From the NCBI GenBank assembly GCA_027451365.1, contig DAIDJN010000085.1, forward strand, positions 1 to 24,777: a stretch of 24,777 nucleotides of DNA, given 5' to 3'. The first letter of the stretch is position 1. Every line of letters begins with the position of its first letter. This document shows, piece by piece, positions 18,601-24,777 of the stretch. This stretch comes from Phycisphaerales bacterium (lineage in GTDB: Bacteria > Planctomycetota > Phycisphaerae > WQYP01). The position numbers and the translations under genes were made by a program. The notes beneath the pieces were generated by a model. That model did no database searches. It was not told where the DNA came from and worked only from the letters and a program-made list of their open reading frames with translations.

Positions 18601-19625
18601 TGATGGGAATTGCGCTATTTGCCACCGGAACTGGCATACTGCTGCTGGCCGCCGTGGATATGTTGTGGACCGTTTTTCTTGAGGGTGCCGGCCCGCTGAC
18701 AAAATATCTATATCCGCGGCTTGGTTATGCCTTGCGCCGGATCCATGTCCGGAGTGGAATTAAAGTTCAAAAAATATCCGGGCTGTTGGTCGTGCTGATG
18801 AGCCTGCTGATCTGGACCGGGCTTGTGTGGTTTGGCTGGTCGCTGATATTCTGTTCTTCGCCATGGGCGGTGGTAAGTGCGGCAACGCATAAACCGGCGG
18901 ATATATGTGAACGAATTTATTTTACCGGGACCACAATTTTTACGCTGGGGCTGGGGGATTTTATACCACAGGGGCCGGTGTTTCAGATAGCCACCGACTT
19001 TGCGACCGGTTCGGGTTTTGTGCTACTGGGGCTGGCGATGGCTTATCTGGTGCCGGTCAGCAGTGCCGCAACGCAAAAGCGGCAGGTGGCGCTGAATATC
19101 TGGTGTCTTGGGCATTCACCTGCGGATATTATTATCAGAGGGTGGAATGGTGCGGATACAACGGCGCTGGCACCGCATTTTGCCGCACTTGTTTCAAGTC
19201 TGACTTTGCTGGCGGAAAGTCATATTACCTACCCGGTGCTTTATTTTTTCTTTGCATCACGGCGAAGCTCCGCGGCGGGACCCAATATTGCCGCAATTGA
19301 TGAAGTGATTACGGTGCTGGAATGCGGGCTTGACGAAGGATGTCGGCTGGATACGCCATCACTGGGTGCCGTACGCGAGGCGATCACGCAATATCTTGAA
19401 ACACTCCGGGTCACGCTTCTGACGTTGCCGCAGGAGATTCCGCCTGCTCCATCGCTTCAGACGCTGCGCGACGCGGGCATTCCAGCGGCTTCGGATGAGC
19501 TTTTTCGTAATGCTGTTGCCCAGTTGGCACCACGCCGCAAACTGCTGCTGGCATTAACGCGGAGAGACGGCTTTGAATGGGACAGTGTCTGGCCGATGCA
19601 TGGCATCAGTAACGAGCCGGCATAA
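18600..19625 (+). CDS. Potassium-channel-family (Ion_trans_2-like) membrane protein
   Basis: Pore helix and filter IYFTGTTIFTLGLGDFIP between TM helices, then a soluble C-terminal domain. Start overlaps the upstream stop (TGATG), with GGAGG SD. Confidence 0.8.
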   Translation: MMGIALFATGTGILLLAAVDMLWTVFLEGAGPLTKYLYPRLGYALRRIHVRSGIKVQKISGLLVVLMSLLIWTGLVWFGWSLIFCSSPWAVVSAATHKPADICERIYFTGTTIFTLGLGDFIPQGPVFQIATDFATGSGFVLLGLAMAYLVPVSSAATQKRQVALNIWCLGHSPADIIIRGWNGADTTALAPHFAALVSSLTLLAESHITYPVLYFFFASRRSSAAGPNIAAIDEVITVLECGLDEGCRLDTPSLGAVREAITQYLETLRVTLLTLPQEIPPAPSLQTLRDAGIPAASDELFRNAVAQLAPRRKLLLALTRRDGFEWDSVWPMHGISNEPA

Positions 19626-19947
19626 AGCGGCCCGCGGGAGCGGCCCATGCGTACAGTGGCGACGTGTTTTCGCGAACTATATTTTTGTGAAAAACGAGGA
19701 CAAATTGCCGTGAAAAGTCCGCCGGCTCGTGGTCGAACCGCGGGCGGGGGCATAATTGCATGCATGTACCGGTGTCGCAGGATGATAAAATAATAAGGCA
19801 ATATGATATTGACGAATTCTTGATTCGGGTTATTCTTCATGCATTGATGGCGGCGGGTATTCACTTGTTAAGCGATGGCCATTCTTCATCGCATTGACTC
19901 GCCCCAAAAAGAAAAAGTTTCGGAAATACCTTGTTCGAGGAGAAACT

Positions 19948-20136
19948 ATGCTTTGGCGGCGAAGGAAGTCTGCGAAAAACAGTGTGATAAAACAGAAGGC
20001 TGGCGTCCGCAGGGCACCCTGTCTGGAAGCGCTTGAGCCGCGACTGTACATGAGCGGTTCAAATGCGATTGACACGCTCAATTTTGGAAATGTAACCGGA
20101 AATGCCACATCGGAGTCCATTATTACCGTGACCTGA
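19948..20136 (+). pseudogene. Truncated LEPR-XLL / planctomycete extracellular protein (N-terminus only)
   Basis: GAGGAG SD, basic leader then LEALEPRLYMS motif. Stops after only about 26 further residues (62 aa total). Confidence 0.65.
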
Positions 20137-20246
20137 TCTTACCGACGGACGACGTTCTGATTGCGGTTGTTTGGAATTTGGCCGCAGCGTCGGTATTACC
20201 GGCAGATAAACGGCATCATCGTTCCGCATTGCAGAACCCGTCGGAT

Positions 20247-20328
20247 TGCTCGGGACAGGAATCGAACCTGCACTCCTTTCGGAACCGGAACCTAAATCCG
20301 GCGCGTCTGCCAATTCCGCCACCCGAGC
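20247..20328 (-). tRNA. tRNA-Leu (anticodon TAG), CCA not encoded
   Basis: GCTCGGG acceptor stem, D-loop GGAATTGGCAGAC, CCGGA-TTTAGGT-TCCGG anticodon arm, long variable arm, GGTTCGATTCC T-arm, discriminator A; 82 nt. Confidence 0.97.
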
Positions 20329-20340
20329 GGGGAGGAGCTA

Positions 20341-20368
20341 AATATAGCATAATTTTTTATTCTGGCAG
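20341..20368 (-). promoter_or_regulatory. Probable sigma70 promoter of tRNA-Leu
   Basis: Minus strand CTGCCA-16 nt-TATATT with extended -10 TG, AT-rich, 12 nt upstream of the tRNA 5' end. Confidence 0.45.
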
Positions 20369-20791
20369 AGCGCATAGAGTTTTTTATTTGAAGGACCTTG
20401 GGCCGGACATATGTCATCATTTCCGGGGGCATGATGCTTGCCAGGACTGGCTTCCTTAAAAATCGCATTAAGGGAAAAATGTGGGACTGGTCCCAATGCC
20501 TGCGAAATGCCGATAAAAAGGTCAGTGCCGGGCCGGATTGGCCATTCAGTATCGCCCGTTAGTATCGCAGTCTGGCTTGGAGATTCCGCCAGACAGCGTT
20601 TATACTGCCGGTTTGCAACTGTCGGCGATATCGAGGCTTGCAGCTGGAATTAACGGAAGGTTGGTTGCAAAAATGCCAATGTCGGCTTTTCGGTTGAGTT
20701 CCCTGTCGTAAAGTCGCGGCGGGACCGTGGAAAAATATGGGTGACTGGGAGGAATTGGCTGGATTTTTATACTGGCGGAAGGCGTTGAAGC

Positions 20792-21718
20792 ATGAACCCA
20801 CTCGAAAGGCTCCGGAAAAATATCGAAACAGTCTTTTTTGGTCGGGGCGAAGCAATTACTCATTTGCTGGTCGGCTTGATAGCCCGCGGCCATGTGTTAA
20901 TTGAAGATGTGCCAGGAGTGGGGAAGACAGTTTTGGCGCGGGCGCTGGCACGCAGCATCAACTGTCAGTTCAGCCGCATTCAATTAACACCGGACCTTCT
21001 TCCCAGTGACATTCTGGGTGTATCCATTTACAATCAGGAAAGGCAGGCGTTTGACTTCAAACCTGGGCCGGTTTTCGCCAATATTGTTCTGGCGGACGAA
21101 ATTAACCGTACCACGCCGCGCACGCAAAGTGCCCTCCTTGAAGCGATGAATGAAAGTTCAATCTCAACCGATGGCCAGACCATGGCACTTCCCCAGCCCT
21201 TTATGGTGGTGGCCACACAGAATCCGTTTGAATTTGAAGGTACCTATTTTCTTCCGGAAAATCAGTTAGATCGGTTTTTATTGCGCATTCAACTGGGCTA
21301 TCCGGAAAGGTCGCGTGAACTATCCATTCTGCGTGAACAGCCCGGCCGCAACCGCCTGGACCGACTGGAACCTGTGCTGACCGCCGATGAGGTGCGTGTG
21401 CTTCAGGGGCAGGCCTCGCAGGTTAAAATTGACCCGGTACTTCTGGAATATATGATGGATCTGGTGGAGGCAACGCGCCGCCATGAGGGTTTGCACACAG
21501 GAATTTCACCCCGCGGATCTTTGGCCTTGATGCAGGCGGTGCAGGCCCGAGCCATGGTGGAGAACCGTGATTACGTCACGCCGGATGATATAAAGGAAAT
21601 GGTTGTGCCTGTGTGTGCCCATCGTGTAATTACCCGCAGCTACATGGCCAATGGCGATGTAAGTACTGCGGCGCGCATCATGCAGGAAATACTTCAGAAT
21701 GTACATTGCCCGCTGTGA
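20792..21718 (+). CDS. moxR: MoxR-family AAA+ ATPase
   Basis: GHVLIEDVPGVGKT (Walker A), RIQLTPDLLPSDI, LADEINR (Walker B), ATQNPFEFEGTY.LPENQLDRF. Confidence 0.95.
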   Translation: MNPLERLRKNIETVFFGRGEAITHLLVGLIARGHVLIEDVPGVGKTVLARALARSINCQFSRIQLTPDLLPSDILGVSIYNQERQAFDFKPGPVFANIVLADEINRTTPRTQSALLEAMNESSISTDGQTMALPQPFMVVATQNPFEFEGTYFLPENQLDRFLLRIQLGYPERSRELSILREQPGRNRLDRLEPVLTADEVRVLQGQASQVKIDPVLLEYMMDLVEATRRHEGLHTGISPRGSLALMQAVQARAMVENRDYVTPDDIKEMVVPVCAHRVITRSYMANGDVSTAARIMQEILQNVHCPL

Positions 21719-21739
21719 CGGTTTGCCTGGTGGTCGCCC

Positions 21740-23017
21740 GTGAAAAAAAACAAGCAGACTCGCCGCACCTATTACGAATTGACCTCCGCGGGCTTTGTGT
21801 TTGCCGGTGTGGTGGCCTTTGTCCTGATGGCCGCGGTCAACAGTCAGACAAATATTCTTTTCTGGGCGCTGGGTGTGGTGTCCGGGTCGCTGCTGCTGTC
21901 GGCAGTGCTTGGTTCCATGCTGCTGAAAAAACTTGTGGTGACGCGCAGTGTCGCGGACCATGCCATCGCCGGTGAACCGGTGGAAGTGCAATATCGCCTG
22001 GCCAATACCAAACGATTCATGCCTTCATGCGCCGTTCGTGTGACTGAAGCACGCCACACCGGTGAGCTGGCCACACTTCCAGAAGGATATTGTTTGCACC
22101 TTGGCCCTGGGCAAAGTACTTATGTGACCACTTTTCTTGTGCCTAAACACCGCGGCGTAGTGGAACTTCATGAACAGCGTGTCTGCTGCTCGTTCCCGTT
22201 TGGTTTCATAAACCGCGCAATTCATACCGTGCTGCCGCAAAAAATAACTGTTTTTCCACGGATTGGCATGTTAAGCCGCGGCTTGCTGGCGCGGTCGCGG
22301 ACATTTTCATCTGCCGGGTCGGTCAGCAGTCCGAACCGTGGCGGGGCGGATGAATTTTATGGTATGCGGGAATATGTAGCGGGAGATCCGCTCCGATCCA
22401 TTCACTGGCGGCGCAGCGCACGGACTGGCAAACTGGTGGTGCGAGAACTCACGTCAGATACGCCTCCGACGATTATAGTGGTGGTGGATGTTCGCGTATG
22501 GCGCGAGATGCCAGAAGGCAGGATAAAGGCGGAGCAGGCCATTGAGCTTGCCGCGGCGTGGATTTGCCGCGCCATGATGGACCATTTTGCCGTTGGCATG
22601 TTAATACCCGGTTCATCACAGCCAGTGCCGGTGATGGTGACTTCCGGACGCCCCCAACGGCAGGTCCTGCTTGAGACCTTAGCCCTGTTGGACCTGAAAA
22701 AACTGAATGCCGGTGCTATTCCGCCAACAACACCGCCCGAACATGCTGCGAAACGCGCGGAATACGTGGTGGTGGCACTTTCAAGGGCCGCGGCATCCAT
22801 TGATATGGTGCCGGCGGGCAATGCGTATACCCTTTTATGTATGGATGATCCGGACAGTGCCAACTGGTTGCAGTTCCCCGGTGGACACGGCCCGCAATCC
22901 AGCCTGTATATGATTCCGGAAAGTCTGAATTCCGTCGTGGTCGCTGTCGGCGAACCGTCAGCGGTGCCGGTGGGTAAAGCCAGCGAAACCCCGGCCGCAG
23001 ACAAGGCCGTTGTCTGA
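21740..23017 (+). CDS. DUF58 domain membrane protein (MoxR partner)
   Basis: Two N-terminal TM helices, FPFG, EFYGMREYVAGDPLRSIHWRRSARTGKLVVRE; directly follows moxR. Confidence 0.92.
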   Translation: MKKNKQTRRTYYELTSAGFVFAGVVAFVLMAAVNSQTNILFWALGVVSGSLLLSAVLGSMLLKKLVVTRSVADHAIAGEPVEVQYRLANTKRFMPSCAVRVTEARHTGELATLPEGYCLHLGPGQSTYVTTFLVPKHRGVVELHEQRVCCSFPFGFINRAIHTVLPQKITVFPRIGMLSRGLLARSRTFSSAGSVSSPNRGGADEFYGMREYVAGDPLRSIHWRRSARTGKLVVRELTSDTPPTIIVVVDVRVWREMPEGRIKAEQAIELAAAWICRAMMDHFAVGMLIPGSSQPVPVMVTSGRPQRQVLLETLALLDLKKLNAGAIPPTTPPEHAAKRAEYVVVALSRAAASIDMVPAGNAYTLLCMDDPDSANWLQFPGGHGPQSSLYMIPESLNSVVVAVGEPSAVPVGKASETPAADKAVV

Positions 23018-23200
23018 CCAGTCTTTCGCAAGAGCCGCCATTAAGAATGACCAATAATTTTCTGAAAATAATGAAACCACCGCGGCGTCGGGGCGTAATA
23101 GTCAGACAGGAGGCAGTTTGCGCTGTGCCGTAACCGCGCGCCAATCAGGATTGTTGCGGGGAATATCCGCTGGAACACAGTAGTCAGGAGATTTGGAACA

Positions 23201-24235
23201 ATGGGCATATCGATGGGCATGATGATCAATCTGGCTGCGGCCACGAATTGGGTCAAATTCTTCGGACACTTTCATCCGCTGCTTGTGCACCTGCCGGTCG
23301 GCTTTCTGGTATTGCTGGGATTGATGGAGCTAACGAGCTGTTTCAAGAAATATTCCCATATCACGGCAGCCCGTGGTTTTATCCTGGTTATGTTGGCGAT
23401 TGCCGCTGCAATAACCGTCACTTGCGGCTGGCTGCTGGCCAGCGGCGGCGGCTATAACCATCGCATTTTGTTCTGGCACCGCTGGCTCGGTACATCGGTT
23501 GCGGTGCTGAGTCTCGTTCTGCTTGGCGTTTGGCTGTGGCGTAAGAAAACCGGATTGATGTATTATTCCGTTTTGGTTCCCGCGCTTCTCGTGATGGCCA
23601 TTGCCGCACATTTTGGCGGTTCGCTAACCTTCGGCAGTCGCTACCTGAGCAAATATGCCCCTCCTGTGCTTAAGCCGCTTCTTGGAGATGCGGCAGCCAC
23701 ATCGGCCGGACCCACCGTTGCAGTTGAGTCGACCATTCCGGCCACAGAGGCTTTTTATTCTGTTGTCAGTCAGTCCGCTGCCGTACAGGTTCGGCCTGTC
23801 GCCGATACGACGGGAAGTTTTTACAGTCAATTTATTCAGACCGCCTTTACGCAGGATTGCATTCGCTGCCACGGCCGGGATAAGCAAAAGGGGCATTTGC
23901 GCTTGGATTCCTACCGCTGGCTTCGACGTGGCAGCCGTGGACGGCCGGTGGTTATTCCCGGCGTACCTAATCGCAGTCGGCTGTACCGGCTTATCTCCTT
24001 GCCACGATGGCAGCATCATCACATGCCACCGCGCAGCCACAAGCAACTGACTGTCGGCCAGATTGAACTGATCCGCTGGTGGATACAAAAAGGCGCAAGT
24101 GGCACGGCGACGCTCCAATCGCTTAATCCCCCGGCCTCTATCCGCAAAATAATTAAAACACTTCCAAAGTCGCGGCGGCACGATCGGACCGCGCCGGCCG
24201 CCGTCAATTACCAGCCGATCGCACTTTCGTTCTGA
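23201..24235 (+). CDS. Membrane protein (DUF2231-like 4-TM domain) fused to planctomycete-type cytochrome c domain
   Basis: FGHFHPLLVHLPVG, WHRWLG, AHFGGSLT in the TM part. CIRCHG (CxxCH), KGHLRLDS, MPP...LIRWWIQKGA. Start may be one of the later ATGs up to 23222. Confidence 0.85.
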   Translation: MGISMGMMINLAAATNWVKFFGHFHPLLVHLPVGFLVLLGLMELTSCFKKYSHITAARGFILVMLAIAAAITVTCGWLLASGGGYNHRILFWHRWLGTSVAVLSLVLLGVWLWRKKTGLMYYSVLVPALLVMAIAAHFGGSLTFGSRYLSKYAPPVLKPLLGDAAATSAGPTVAVESTIPATEAFYSVVSQSAAVQVRPVADTTGSFYSQFIQTAFTQDCIRCHGRDKQKGHLRLDSYRWLRRGSRGRPVVIPGVPNRSRLYRLISLPRWQHHHMPPRSHKQLTVGQIELIRWWIQKGASGTATLQSLNPPASIRKIIKTLPKSRRHDRTAPAAVNYQPIALSF

Positions 24236-24665
24236 TGTTCGGTAAATTGCCGACTGGCAAGACCGCCCGACAAATCTGCGATGACTTGGGAACGCAAGAT
24301 CGGGGCATAATCGCAAAGATGGCAAGGCAAAAGAAGCCGGACATTTATACCAGGCCTTGGCCCCGATGCCGTCGCCGCGGGAAAAGGTCGTTCGCAAAAA
24401 TCGCCGGGTTGCATTCAGAATCGGACATCTTTGTCGTCGCTTTCGGCGTCATTGGCACACTCCGAGAGTGATTATAAGTCCTGTTGCGGGCTTCGGTGCT
24501 GTTGCGGTTCATACACGGTCCGTTGGCACGCCATGCGGTATGCTGCGATCGGTTGAATGTCACGCACACGATTTCTACCGGTATGCTTCCGTAGGGGTTG
24601 TGCCGAAGTAGAATTTTCATCCCTTAGCCTAAATAGAAGGTGTCCGTATTACGAACTGCGTCTAC

Positions 24666-24693
24666 CCTATTATTTCCGGATTTGGATAATAGG
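24666..24693. repeat. Inverted repeat / possible terminator hairpin
   Basis: CCTATTAT-12 nt-ATAATAGG, 20 nt downstream of a putative minus-strand stop at 24714-24716. Confidence 0.4.
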
Positions 24694-24713
24694 CGTGCAT
24701 GAGAAGTCCGCCG

Positions 24714-24776
24714 TTATTTCGGCTCTGTCAGCAGGACGCTTTTGTTTTCCGCCAGTTGCCTGTGTTTCCAGGCGTC
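24714..24776 (-). CDS. Possible 3' end of a gene entering from the right edge
   Basis: Open frame DAWKHRQLAENKSVLLTEPK* followed by a hairpin. Too short to identify. Confidence 0.3.
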   Translation of the reverse strand, partial: DAWKHRQLAENKSVLLTEPK

Positions 24777-24777
24777 C

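Noticed and set aside
21743..21750. A8 run right after the DUF58 start as a phase-variation tract
   Set aside because: In frame, encodes Lys-Lys-Asn, and A-rich 5' codons are common.
24236..24620. Small ORFs 24345..24620 (-), 24235..24471 (+), 24357..24611 (+)
   Set aside because: No motifs and mutually overlapping; none can be supported.
1..24777. Many antisense or alternate-frame ORFs; CRISPR array; rRNA
   Set aside because: Shadow ORFs overlap well-supported genes in GC-rich DNA. No regularly spaced repeats or rRNA-like sequence were seen.

Overview
Bacterial chromosomal window, most likely from a planctomycete (Phycisphaerae-like). This is inferred from a LEPR-XLL/planctomycete export motif, a planctomycete-type cytochrome c domain and the hpf-ptsN-ptsH cluster. 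From left to right: 3' end of an RHS polymorphic toxin with a 14-Cys tip and a putative membrane immunity gene; a frameshifted IS4-family remnant with one terminal inverted repeat; satP; pgm; ptsH-ptsN-hpf; a secreted two-domain protein; nfi; two large exported alpha-L-rhamnosidases (GH78 with a CBM67-like module, Tat-exported GH106 with a SUEL-lectin-like insert); thiG-thiS; a peroxiredoxin/DsbA-like/K+-channel-like operon; a truncated LEPR-XLL gene next to tRNA-Leu(TAG); MoxR and DUF58; and a membrane protein fused to cytochrome c. No CRISPR array, rRNA or intact mobile element is visible. I see no clear-cut new multi-gene system. The best leads are the RHS tip (possible permuted papain-like toxin), the Cys-free rhamnose-lectin-like module in GH106, the redox-channel operon and a possible collapsed island at the tRNA 3' end. 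All family calls come from motif recognition by eye; no database searches were run.
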